Origin: Oikopleura dioica
Lineage: Eukaryota; Animalia; Chordata
DNA length: 64,000 nt
Direction: 5' to 3'
Assembly (NCBI GenBank): GCA_907165135.1
Contig: OU015568.1
Span: forward strand, 16,689,208 to 16,753,207
In this document: positions 50,997-63,381 of the stretch, piece after piece
Numbering within the stretch: position 1 is the first letter of the stretch
Layout: each line of letters starts with the position of its first letter
Program-made: the position numbers and the translations under genes
Notes under the pieces: generated by a model
What the model was told of the DNA's origin: nothing
The model's database searches: none
The model's input: the letters and a program-made list of their open reading frames with translations, nothing else

Positions 50997-51919
50997 ATCA
51001 CAGGGAGTGATGTATGGGAGGCCGTTGGGCCTGGTTTCGTCGATGCTTTATTTTTTGTTTTTTTTTTTTACATAAAAAGCACGTGTCCTTCAAAATTCGA
51101 GTGTTTCGAGTCAAAGCTCAAAAAACCCATCTTTCTGATAGATCTTTTTACGAAAAAAGAATTTGAAACTTTGAAAAACAATTTCCTTCTTTGTTCCCCT
51201 CGTAAATTGAAAACGTAGTTGCAGTAGAATGAACTTTAAACAGTTGGATGGAGATTTTTTGCTTCGTCAGGTGCTGAAGGAGCAGGCAGAAGAAGACGTT
51301 GACTAAACTTTCCAGTTGTCAGTCAAATAATCTCCGTATAAACGTCGAGTCTCATAAACCAGCACTTTTTCGTTTTTTTTTTCTTCGATAGCTTTTTCTC
51401 TCTAAGAGATCACTAACTATGGTTACTGAAAAAGAAACAGAGACAAGTGCGAATCAGATTGAGCAACCTAAAATTCAGGTGAAGAATGCAGGTAAAGGCA
51501 AATATAAATAACGCAGAGATTGAAAGTGTCTGGACTGTCACTGCATTGGCATTCTCAAGCAGAAGGATGACAAGGTCTATTTGTGTCCCGAAGAAGTATT
51601 GTCGACGAGGAGCATAAACACGCGGAAACAAGACTTGAAGGAACGGTTATTGACTTTAATTAACAGTATTGCTACTAATTTACAGTTGTAGCACAACCTT
51701 TTTAACCCACAGCAAAAATGTTGACAAAGTGATATTAATAAGTTATAAATAATAACCACGTTGATTCAGAAGAAACTGACAAGGAAAAGAGTCCGTCAGA
51801 GGTCAACCCTGGCAAAACATGGATTTTCGACAAATGATCAAAAGATATCCTACCTCAGCATTGGCTCGATATTCTGGCTAACCATCATCCTCATAAGTAC
51901 CTTTTGATAGATTTTCTTA

Positions 51920-53355
51920 GTCGAAACAATTTTCAGCGAATTGGTACTCGCTTCAAAGGTCACGAGGTGTAACGACTTTTCTGACTTCTGAATGCCATCG
52001 AAACTACAAAGAATGCGTCAAAATCGCAACAATGGACTACTGCGGGCATTTGATGAAGCAATGTTTTGAAACTAAAGAGTTCATCCTTCCAGAATCAGTT
52101 TCTAAAATTGAGCAAACGAAAGTCCCTCCGCACGTATTCTCCCAAGACGAAAACAAAGTCAATCTCCGCCGCTGTCAGAAGAAACAATTTTACGACCTGA
52201 AAATTTGCCGCCATCTTTGTTCGAATTCAATTGTTTTGGAATCAAGGAGGACTAACTCGATGTCGCCCTGTGAGTCCATTTGCTTTGAACTGACACGATC
52301 TTCCGATTCTGCTGGAGAAGTTTGCCCGTTTCAGAAATACTGTAGAAATGGATGTCCTTGTCGTTATTACCAATGCGAGAAGCTGAAGTCTCGGCAGATA
52401 TTGGTTCCTGTTTTTGACTTAAAGACGTACACAACATATGATGGTGAAGCTAATGGTGACGCTGAATTTATTACAGGTCGTTGGACGCCTCGAATTAATA
52501 AAAAGCGGTATCAAATAAATTTATCGAACTTGAATGGAAATGATAAACAATTGAATGTCTCCGATTCTTTATACCCCTATGCACGTGTTTACTGATTGAT
52601 TTTTAAGTAAATATTTTGCCCCTTTTTGTGGGTGCCCTTTATTGGGTTGTATGATTCCAAATCAATAAAAACGGGAAAGTCAACCGGTGCCACTTTCCTC
52701 AATGGCGAGCACTACTTGGTTGATGCCATTGGAAATCTGGCGAAAGTCAGAGAAAACGGCGATGCTCCGATATTTATTGCAAATCGACATAGGAATATGT
52801 GGGTAAGCCTCTTGCTAGTCGTATTTTAGTTTGAGTTTCAGAGGGTTTTTTGTTTTTCACTTTGGATCATCGATCGGTACTCATCAAATCGAGATTCGTC
52901 GTCGAGACAAAGGAAGAAAGTATTTTCCTGTCGTTGTCATCTGAAAGAGATCAAATAAAATTATATTTAAAATTTGACAAATTTTGATCATGAGAAGTTC
53001 TCCGACCGGAAGAGTCAATAAATGCTTCTATTATGCTCCGGATTACAACCTGAATCGCTTCGAAGAAGCACAGGGCTACATCGCCAACAATCACTTCAAC
53101 GCGAAAGTGTCGTCAGTGAGCTTCAGAGAAGTGTTTTACTTGATGAGTGTCCGGCTAGGTGACCATTATATCCAGTTGTCGACGACTGTAGCGTTGAACA
53201 GAATCAGAATAAGCGAAGAATTGGAGAAAGGTTGGAAGAAATCCGAAATCGGAATGCCAGCAGAGTTGCGAGACTTGGATCCAGTACATGTGATTCCCTT
53301 GAAACGAGTTTCACCTATTTTTGGACTAAACCAGTTTATCGGAGTGCATTTTTGA
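51920..53355 (+). CDS. Cys-rich module (C..C...C...CP.QKYCRNGCPCRYYQC) plus a divergent propeller-like region; 5' end unresolved
   Basis: ORFs 52032-52595, 52626-52829 and 52984-53355 are co-oriented with intron-sized gaps. GATFLNGEHYLV and KCFYY motifs resemble the propeller family. Confidence 0.5.
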
Positions 53356-54303
53356 ATTCCCAATAAGATTGCTTAATTTGGCCTACCGGCCAATCAAAAC
53401 CCTGATCCATAAAATCGTTTAACCCCTGTTTTCGGGTTTAAGGGTATAGTCATCGATTTTGGTCGGGTCTCCAATTTTTAATCTGAGCACATTTTTAGAA
53501 TCCCCATAAAATTCTGAGCAAAAACCTCCACGTGATCATTTTGGCTATCTTAACCCATTTGGCGTTTGAAAGTGGCGAAATTTAGTGCATTTTGACCATT
53601 AGCCGAATATTTTGAAATTTTGACCATTTTTAGGAGCTTTGTAAGGGTGCCATATGATACATTTTTAGAAAGCTTATATTCAGGGCATATATTTAGGAGC
53701 ACGTAGAGTGAATTTGGGCTATGCCCGCAGGGCATTTTATCAAAGTGAAAGGTCAAAATTTGGTACCTTGGTTCTTTTAAAAATTTTTAAAAGAAAATTT
53801 TATGATTACAGTATAACGCTGTGTCATTTTTTAGATAAGGGTCTATATTTTGAGAAAAAAAACATAAAATCAATAGGTTTATATAGAAACTTTGGACTTA
53901 TAACGCCTTGAAAAGAGGCTATTTTCGCGTTATTCGGCCGAGAGCTCAACTTTGAGCGATCCGAAAACCATGATCTCCTTGGAAATAACGTAAAAGGCTG
54001 TGACAAAAGTGAGATCTAGGATAGATCTTTTATATGACCTATTTTAGAGCCTCCCAAATATTCCAAGTCCCGAGTTATAACCCCCTGAAGTCGGCCAAAT
54101 CGACGACTATACCCTTAAGCAAGGAATGACAGTGATTTACAGGATGAGGTTTTTGATTGGCCGTTAAGCCAAACGGAGTCATCTTATTGGTTATCCAAAA
54201 ATACAGTTTTATTTTCACATTTTTTGAACTCTCAGAATAAAAATTTATTGTCAATAAAGCCAAAGGAAAGTGCACCAACTCGAAAAAGAAAGATGACGGA
54301 AGA

Positions 54304-56413
54304 ATGCTTTTATTGATTGTGACGAGGAGTATAGAACTGTCGAACACCTTATACTCGTTGTTGATGGAGGCTGAGGGGAAATTCGTGACACTGGGTCGCG
54401 AGTGGATCGGTTCCCTTGTGAAATACACAGACGAGTCTATCTGCTATTCGAAATTATTTTCGCCCGATGACATTAATTATGTCGACTTTAGAGGCGTCAA
54501 CAAGGACGAATGTGAATATTTCGGAAACGTGATCATCAATGACGAAAAGATCTTTGTTCAAAATTACGTTTTTGATACTCTTTTTGAAGTCAAATTTAAT
54601 TTCGGGAAGGATTTTCATTTTTCTAACCCGATGCCGAGCGGTGAGCGTAGAAATGCCTTCAACGCCATTAAGGGTGTCAACAACGATCGAATAAGGGTCT
54701 GTCTTATGATTTGACTAATTAATATCTTTTTATTCAGCCTTTGAGGATTTCAAATCTTTTTCAGATCTGAAATATCTCATCTGGGGCACGAGATACGCAA
54801 CAATCTATAGGCGTGCTAATGCACTAGCGGTCAGTAGAAATGCACTATTAGAAAGCTCATTTTTCAATTTTCGTTTTTATATATCAAACAGTATATTTTC
54901 TGAAAGCTTAGAAAAACTCCTATTCGCTGATACCTAGATCGATAAGATCAGATACTTTTTTCAAGGTCGAACTGCGCGCCAAAAGTTTCAAACACCTGCT
55001 CTTTGGCGCCGGAAAAGGGGATTAAAGGATTAATCAGTGTACAATCTGAGCGCGCAGCGAGAAAGAAGAAGAGTTGTTCTATTATTCCTGTGAAAATAGC
55101 CTCATTTGGATTACAGGAACTATTCTTAAATCCACTTTTAAATAAGCAAAAATCGTATGTTTACATAATGCATGCAAAAACATGCATGCAAGATGAATTT
55201 TGAAATTCTGCCAAATTTATCAGATAGAAAAGTGTTTAAACTATCACTCTGCGAAAAATATAAGAAATTGATTTTGAGGAACATACCGTATCTGTGGTAA
55301 TAAGTTCAGTCAAATTACTGGTTTAGTGGACTTTTGATGTCGCGGTAGGGGTTAACGGATTACAAAATAAAAAATTCGCCAAATTTATCAGAGAGTTTAG
55401 GGTCTTAGCTATTATTTTTATTAAAAAAATATGAAATAAAATATCAGGAAGGTACCTAAACTGTGGTAATAAAATTGGCAAAATCGTTGTTGACACCCTT
55501 AAGAATGCCGTATTTCGAGCCTCGGGGCGTGTCGTTGCAGCGAAATTGCTGCGTGCTCGGCAACGGGTTAACCCCTGCCCGCATGAAAAATTTGTTACCC
55601 CTGCCTGCATATCGACCTACGCGTAGGTCGGGCCTTTTGAGGGTCTTTCAGTCGTGATAAAATTTTCGAAAGGTCAGGAATGGAAAGATTAAAGGCTGAG
55701 CTATCTCCTGGACATAATCAAATTTCAAATGTCAAATGTCAAATGTGAACAAATGTCAAATGTCGTTTTTCCAAAAGTATAATTGCGTTGAAAAGCCACT
55801 TTACCTACGCGTAGGTCGATATGCGGCCAGGGGTTAAGAAGAGATAACTTGGTTGAATTCTAATTTATTAATTTTTACAAATGATAAAATCCTTCATAAA
55901 GAGTTCATCGAACTTGAATTCGTCCAACAGACGCCCGAAGGAAAAATTCACGTAACGAGCAATCCCTATTTTGCTTTTCACGACGACATCTTTCCCAATT
56001 TCGCAAAGAACGCGGTGTTTCAGAAACGATTTCCTCCAACAAGCCCTCTCTTGAAAACGATTATTCCAGAGTCGTTCTTTTCTTCGCTCGAAGGGTTGAA
56101 TCACATTTCAACCGTCGAGATGGAATTGAATGGAACAGACACTTTCGCATTCGAAATCTTTTTTCCTGGAAATGGCGTTTGGAGGCAAATGAATATTCTT
56201 GAATGCAATTTCTTCGACGGAATTACTTTGCTACGTTTTGGAATTTGCCGAGACAGCTCTCTTTGGATTGAATGTGACTATTTTCTTGAGCGCTTTTATT
56301 TACAGTCAAACGCTTCAGAATTGGAAAAAGTGGAATTTCATTTCAACTCATCGGTTTCGATGAAATCATCTTCCCTCGAAATTTCCGAGGAAAAGTTTAA
56401 TTTCAAATTTTGA
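54304..56413 (+). CDS. Unassigned coding segments (54304-54714 and 55853-56413), possibly upstream exons of the 56450 propeller gene
   Basis: Two long open frames with protein-like composition; no family recognised. Confidence 0.35.
55572..55833. mobile_element. piggyBac-type MITE with TTAA target duplication
   Basis: TTAA|CCCCTG... and ...CAGGGG|TTAA. Subterminal IR gcatatcgacctacgcgtaggt / acctacgcgtaggtcgatatgc, a duplicated left end and an internal (CAAATGT)n. Confidence 0.8.
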
Positions 56414-56449
56414 AATTTTCATGAAAATAAATAACTTTCAATTGATTTT

Positions 56450-57551
56450 AACTTCAAAAAGAACCCTCAACAAGAAAGAAAAATTCGCTCGAAAATTGAC
56501 ATATCGAACATTGCAAAAACTGTCAACAAAAAAGTGCGGATATTCAAGAATGACGGCAGCGCTATAATCATGAATTTTGTTTACACTGTCGGATGTGAAA
56601 CGAAAGCAATCCTGGTCCTGGGCATGCGCCTGAACCAAGCATTTTCGATTTCCTTGGACGGATCAACTAAGACGGCAGTAAGAATCGGAGCGCCGAGAAA
56701 CAGCAATTTTTACTCTTCCATTAATGCGCTTCTGAAAAACGACGTCTATATTTTCGGTGGATGGCCGGATGACAGAAAAGTAGAAATTCGATATTCTTCT
56801 TTTTAAAATCGAGTTCAGGTAGCACGATTGGAAGGCTGTGAGTGGATAGAGCAGTCGACTCGATTAATCCACAGGTTTTCGTGGATGTCGGCCGCAATTT
56901 CGATTGAAGACAAAGCGTTGATTTGCTTTGATTACGAATACAATAATAGATGTGAACTTTTCGATGGATTGTCTTCGACAAGAACATACACACCGAATTT
57001 CCAACATCGCGGTGGCAAACTCGGCCTCTACAACGGAAGACCGACAACAGTAGGAAGCTATTATGGGCTAGGTAGAAAGGCTGTCGAAAGACTCCATTTT
57101 TCAGGCTGGTCGTCTTTACCCGACTTCCCGATTCGGTATTTATTCAATTCTGGTTCATTCATTAAAAATTCATAGAGAAATAAGCTATCATGTTTTGGTG
57201 GGTCTACCGAGCGGCAGTCTTTTGCTAGCTGGAGGTTGCCAAAGTAATTATTTTGTGCAATCGGGGATTTGGCTCCTCCAAACCGATATGTGGAAGGAGA
57301 TCGGAGATCATAAAAATGTATGTTCAAGAAAAATTGAAAATAACAATTCGATTTGAACTTAGGCTGACCACAAAGCATTTGCAATTCTCATCGGAAATTC
57401 AATTTTCGTTGTCTCTGGCCTTGATACACCACATGCAATCGAACGTCTCGATTTCGAAGGAGATCATTTGGTCAATCAAGAAGTCATTGGAACATCTTTT
57501 TACAGTCCTATTCCTTTACTTATAGAAGTTTCTGCTGACTTCTGCGTCTAA
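56450..57551 (+). CDS. Kelch-like beta-propeller family protein; 5' end unresolved
   Basis: VYIFGGWPDDRK|VARLEGCEW, ALICFDYEYNNRCELFDG, LGLYNGRPTTVG, LPDFP, LVGLPSGSLLLAGG, IFVVSG, LIEVSADFCV*. Confidence 0.75.
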
Positions 57552-57635
57552 AATTACCCTGATACTTTTGAGCGGAAAAGACCTTTACTTGGTGCTCGTC
57601 TAAAGCGAGTTTCATTTCATGCCATTATTTTCGTT

Positions 57636-60600
57636 TTACTTTTTATCCGAGAAAATTTTGTAACGGATCTCGGTATCGGGTTCTCGGGGGTGCGCGTCGA
57701 TCCCTTGATTCATTATTTTCAAAAGAGCAAAAATAATCTCCTCAGATTCCTCAGAAATAGAGCCATTGTCGACGTGCAGGTTTGAGTGTATTTTGTTTAC
57801 GAAAAAAAAAACAGAAAAACAACAGTGATTAAGGCTGTTTTCCTTGTTTGTAAGTTTGCATTTCCCGAATATAATCATCGGACAGTTTTCGATCTAATCC
57901 CGAATTTGCTTTGCTTTCTCTGCGGAATTTGGTGTTGGCTCTATCATCGTGTTGATTCAAACACTTGTAAATGTGACTTTCACGAGCACAAGAATTGACA
58001 ATTATAAGTTATTATTAACTGTTAAAATTCTATAAAAATCAATGATTACTACTTCAGAAAAAGCAATAAGTATTCAGTATTGCTCAGTTCCTGAATATGA
58101 TAAAAGGAGGCGGCTGCTTTGGCTTAAAATAATATTCCTTCACCAGCTGATACCGTCCAAACTCCCATATTTGAATCGAGTTTTCATTAATCTTCTCATA
58201 TGTCGATGAGAACAAGGCAATCAGCAAGTTGATCAGAAGTATTTGCACAATCATCATGTAGATCCCATGAAGAATGTCAGAGACTGTCGATTTCGTTGGA
58301 CAGCGGGGAACGGTTGAATTCCCGACAGTCTCTCTAGGAAGAAGGCAATCTTCTAAATCTTCAAACGCATAGGTTGTTCTTTCTCCGAGAAACAGCTCTC
58401 CATAGATTCCAAAATAAGGTCCAATTAAAATATTCTTTCAATTTAAATTTGAAATTTGACTTTGTCGAAAAATACCTTGAAAATATGACTGCTTCGCTGT
58501 TCGTTCGGGTATTGCAAGCCCTGCTGGGCAGCTCCGTACGCAACGATGAAAACGCCCATTATGCTTAAAAACTGAAACATTTGAACAAACATCTTCGAAA
58601 TCATTTTGACTTTTGGCCCTAAAGTTGCAGAAACTGCAAAAACATCAAGTGTCCGGTAAGCCATCAGCATGAAAGATAGTGTAAACAGAATTTGAGCGGC
58701 GTAGAATTGCCCTGTAATCTAGGGTCGGCACCGCTGCAGCCAAAAGTTGACCGATTGAAAAATTGATGAATGGTTCCTTACCGACCCTTGCCTGTGATTT
58801 CTGTCGGACATTCTTGAATTCCTGAAAACTTTGCGCCGCTTGAAAAGGAGGACAATTTTAAAAGTGGTTAGAACTCTCCTGCTGAATGATTTGTATAAAG
58901 CAACGACCCTTTGTCTTCTTTGATGTCAGTTTTAAAATTGCTCCAACGACAAAGCATAAACATGAAAGTCCATCGAATTTATTATAATGAGAGCTCAACC
59001 ATGTTTTTAAAACATCACTACGAGCGGCTTTCTTATTAAAAGTTTAATGCAAAAGGCTTCAACCTGAAGCTTTCAGGAACAGATTAAAGAAAAACCTAAT
59101 CCTGAGATTGCGATATTTAGAGCCATCCTCGATATCGTAGATTTGCCGTATCTCTTCAACAATAAGTGTGAAAGTCCAAAAATATAGGGTCCACTCCAGC
59201 CATGTCGGTTTGAAGCAAAACATTCGGGTCAGAAAGATTGCAAATAACACAACATATGTAAGATATGAAATCATATTGAGCTAAAATCATGATCTATGTT
59301 TGGTTGAGATGGTTAAGAATTACCCAAAAGACGGTTTTAGGCGCTTGTAGTCGATTTTTCACTTTTCGAAAAACTCGACGGACATTTTCAGTAAAGGCAA
59401 ATTTTTTGATTGAATCACAAGACTGCGCATTTTCTTCATTTGAAATTGGGAGTGAGATTTTGGTGGAGTCTAAATCATCTCCCGACCAGATTCTGAGCTA
59501 GGATGTAAAGGTGCCTTAAATCTGCCAGACTTTTATTTTGCGTGTGATCCCTAGTTATGTTGTTTTCTGTTCATTTATCCATCCCTTTCTGGAGAGGTAA
59601 TCTTGAACTAACTTTTTTGACATAAAATTGAAGCATTTGCCAGAATATGCAAGATTGAGCATCGTCATATTTCCCATTCTATCACTCGTCTCGATTAACA
59701 TCTCATAGTTCATGTCTTGTCTCCTCCACCAACACTCATTCGCGTATTTCGACAGCGCCTGTGAAGCAACACTCTCGTAGTAATCTGCCATTTCTCGGTA
59801 AAGTTTTGTAACAGTTGAGTCTCTATTGAGCAGCAGTTTCGAATTCGCTGCTCCTCTTAAAATTGCCGCTCCAACAAGTGCCATGCTAACTGCATTTTCA
59901 CTTCTTCGCCAAACGAGATTAGCTTCATCCAAACGTCCAGTGAACAAAAGTAGGCAAAAAAGCCTTTCTTCAGGATCCTGCCTTTTGAAGCATTCGTCCA
60001 AATTTTCTAATTTCGCCCTCTTGCCAAATGGCTTCCAGTTGGGTGATATGAATGAACATTCAATTCTTTCAATCTTCTCTAGTAAACTCTCACTTCTTTT
60101 TTCATCTGGTGATAAATCGACAAGAAACTGCAATTTCTTTTGCTCTTTTGACAATGTCCTCTCCGAGAACATAGACTTATAGATTTCCGCGATTGCAGCA
60201 AAGTCTGTTTCCTTTGAGAAGCCCCGGTATGGACATTTAAAATCAAATAAACTTGACCCATTGTCGAGATAAAGCCTGACCATTGCTTTTTTCGAATTAT
60301 CGAGTTTTCTTAAACGATGAATATGATCCAGCTGGTCAGAGTTTGATGCTTTTAGTTTTGCTTCCTTTCTGAACCATTTCAAGGAGTCCAATGGTTTATC
60401 GAAATTTGGCTTTGTTGCTGTATAAATCTCCTTTTCAAGAAACAGTGGGACGAGATTTTCGACCATTCCGCCAGAATTTCCAACCAAAACGACGCTGCCG
60501 TACTTTTTATCAAGTATTTCGTGTAGAAGCGGCAGAGTTTCATTCGTTCCGTTAAATATCGCGAACTCAAATGGGAATTGCCGTCTTAAAATAGAATGAA

Positions 60601-61163
60601 GGTGGAATTGCGCACCATCCTGATTTGGGTTAAGAAACTCTTAAATAGAATTTGCAGCTTTTGCAAAGACTTATAGTGATAATCATAGCTGCTTTGTTCA
60701 AACCCTGTACCTGACTATTGAACTCAGAATCAAGAACCAGAATTACACTAGAATATTCTTTTGAACCAAATGATTCCCATGAAACTTTAGAATAATCTTC
60801 AAGTTCATCCAGTTTGACTTTTAATTTTTCCGAAAGACTTTCTTTATCAATGATTTGGAGAAGATTCGGAAGATCGTTTTTTCCTCCCGAAATTCCCGTG
60901 AAGACTTTGATGGGGACTGAAGATATTATCCATTTTTCACCTTGGCGAGCGTGATTTTGGAGATGACTAGTAAATCTATCGAAGTATTCTGATTGATTTT
61001 GATCGGACTTCGAAGGTCCAAGAAGAGATATGATTCCTTTCGGTGAAGATTGGAATAAAACCTGAATGGCAAAGAAGAAAGATTCTTTGGTTTCTTCATC
61101 TTTTTTTAAAACGATGCAAACTGCTGCCTGATTGTGATCGTCTTTTATTCTGCCGATCTTCAT
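57636..61163 (-). CDS. TRPM: TRPM-family cation channel; N-terminus may extend to ~61330
   Basis: LFCLLLFTGRLDEANLVWRRSENAVSMALVGA (MHR4), S2 VEEIRQ, S3 YNKFD, LGPKVKMISKM, pore GPYFGIYGELFL, S6 ILLINLLIALFSSTY, TRP box WEFGRYQLVKEY..K..PPPF. Confidence 0.9.
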
Positions 61164-63381
61164 TCTCTCAATTTAAACCGACAAGGGGGCTTATTTACCG
61201 TCGCCCTGCTTCAAGATTCTTGGAAAAATATAGGAGCGGGCAGTGATTCCTACTTTTAATCGCGAGGGCAGGATCGTAAATTTTATTTGAAGACATAAAA
61301 AAACATAAGAATCTGACCACAATGAGAATTTTCGCCTACCCGAAAATGCTGATTTCATTAGTCGCCCTCTCATTAACTCATTCATGATTTAAACTTGACA
61401 TGATGATCGCCATAATAGTTTGGTGAAATATTATAATTAAAACGATTTTTGTTTTTGTAAGGCAATTATTTCATTCATTCTAAGTTTCGGCGATTTTGTC
61501 ACTTGTCATGTCACCATGTCACTTGTCTATTTCAAATTGTTCCTTGGTCTAAGTTTTTGGAAACTCAGAATTCGAAGCTTTTACGCGTTCTATTGCTCTC
61601 TCTTCAAATAACGCAGAGGCGCAAGCAGACAAGTTCAAATATTAACTGCAAACTCTGAAACGCGGAAAATTCCAAATCTCGCCCTCTTATTTCAAACAGT
61701 CTTGCTCTGAGAGAAAAAAGAGAGTTTCTCGTAATTTTCATTTTTTTGAAAATGGCACGATCATTGTTAAAGTTTAAAAAAACAGCAGTTGATAAGATTT
61801 CATTTTATTTTTAGTTAATTTTAAAAACTCTTGAAAGAAAAATGGGTAGGCTTATTAATGGAAAAATCAACCCTTTTTTCTATCTTGATATAGGGGTCAC
61901 ATAACACAGCCTTAGAAAGCCCAGAACCTTAGCTTTCATTTAGGCACCATATCAAGGGGTCTGGGTTATGCCCGCAAGGCAATTCAGGGGCCCGGAACTC
62001 CAAATATAGGCACTAGATCTCTAAAATCGCCTGGGGCATCCGCCTCCACGCTCGAGAGGTCTCGTGACTACGTCTCAGAGAAAGCTGAGGGTCTGAGCTT
62101 TCAGTAGATGTCAAGTTATTCTGCTTGCCTCTCTCCTGAAGTCATCTACAAACGATAAACTGCCAAAAAAGCATGGTATTTTTCTATCTTTTGCTGGAGA
62201 AAAGCCCAGATTTCCCTTAAGGGTACTACCGTCGATTACCCGAATGACTGGTTATGTTAAATTTTTCATCGGAAATGAATTCCTCATAAAATTTTGACCA
62301 AAAAAGGTCCGAACGTTTCATTCATAACGTCAAGCATTTTCATAATAATTAGAGTTTTAATTGATTTCTGTACTATAAAGAATTTTTTCCGAAAAAATTT
62401 TTGGTGTCCGATACTTTCAAATAAGGGCTCGTTTTGAAGCTCAAAACAAGATGAGGATTATGGTGAGATCATTAATTCTTGAACTTAGATATTTTAGCTT
62501 CTAGAGTAGGGTCCGGCATGGATCAGGGTCAGATTTTTTTATTTGCCCATTTCACTTTTATCGAATTCTTCAGGTCAAAAAACATATTTTATTCCATTAC
62601 AGTGAAGCTTGAAACCCAACTAGAAAAAAATTACAGGCAATTTTGAGGATTTTCGAGTGTTTTTTTGGGTTACCATTGTTTTTATTAAGAAAAATTTTAC
62701 TGTAGTCATATTTTTTGATCGCTTGATTATTCAACCTAAAGAACAAACTCTGAGCTTCATTTATAGGGATCATTGATTGAATTTCATCAGTTTTTTCTTG
62801 TAAAGTTTCCATTTCAAAGTTAAACAAACGCCAAAATTTCACCTTTCTATAAGTTTCAATCAAGAATTTAATACAGTAAACTTCAACTTGAAGCGAAAAA
62901 CTTTCTTGATTATAATAGCGCAGACTCTAATCTACAAATAGGAATGTAAATCACTCTTTGTCGAGTTGGGAATCGTAAGATATTTAAGGTTTTCGAGGTT
63001 GAAATACGATATTTCAGCCATGGGAAAGTCCTCCGGAGGACTTTTGCTTGAAGATATTTGCTAAGAAAGCGTTTACTTTTTAATTCAGTGACCTCAAATT
63101 ACTTCAGTTTTCGCGAATTAAAGAATATGAAGAGCAGGATGCATGGTCGTTTGACCATATAATAATGATATAAATTATTTGATATAAATTATTATTAATT
63201 ATAACAGAGCATAATAATGAAAAATATTTCGGTAATCTGAAAAAGAATCCGGTTATAGAAAAACTATAACGATTTTCGAAATTGGAACAATAAAGATTTT
63301 ATAAAATATGGGTGTGGGCGGGGATGGGGACAAAACTGAAATTGATCAACTCAGTCTTGTACTTTTTAGTTCCCTGCCTAT

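Larger units (their letters stand above)
49762..51258. pseudogene. Scrambled mosaic of VWD-gene, propeller-gene and RBM22 fragments
   Basis: By-eye matches: 49762-49856 ~ rc(16150-16265); 49865-50260 ~ rc(14130-14345); 50271-50333 ~ 41586-41648; 50340-50562 ~ rc(15855-16075); 50997-51224 ~ rc(12905-13107); 51231-51258 ~ 14431-14458. Confidence 0.85.

Noticed and set aside
61400-63380. Protein-coding gene (e.g. ORF 62597-62863)
   Set aside because: AT-rich, low-complexity translation. The region shares short motifs (TATGCCCGCA.GGCA) with 53710-53740, suggesting decayed dispersed repeats.
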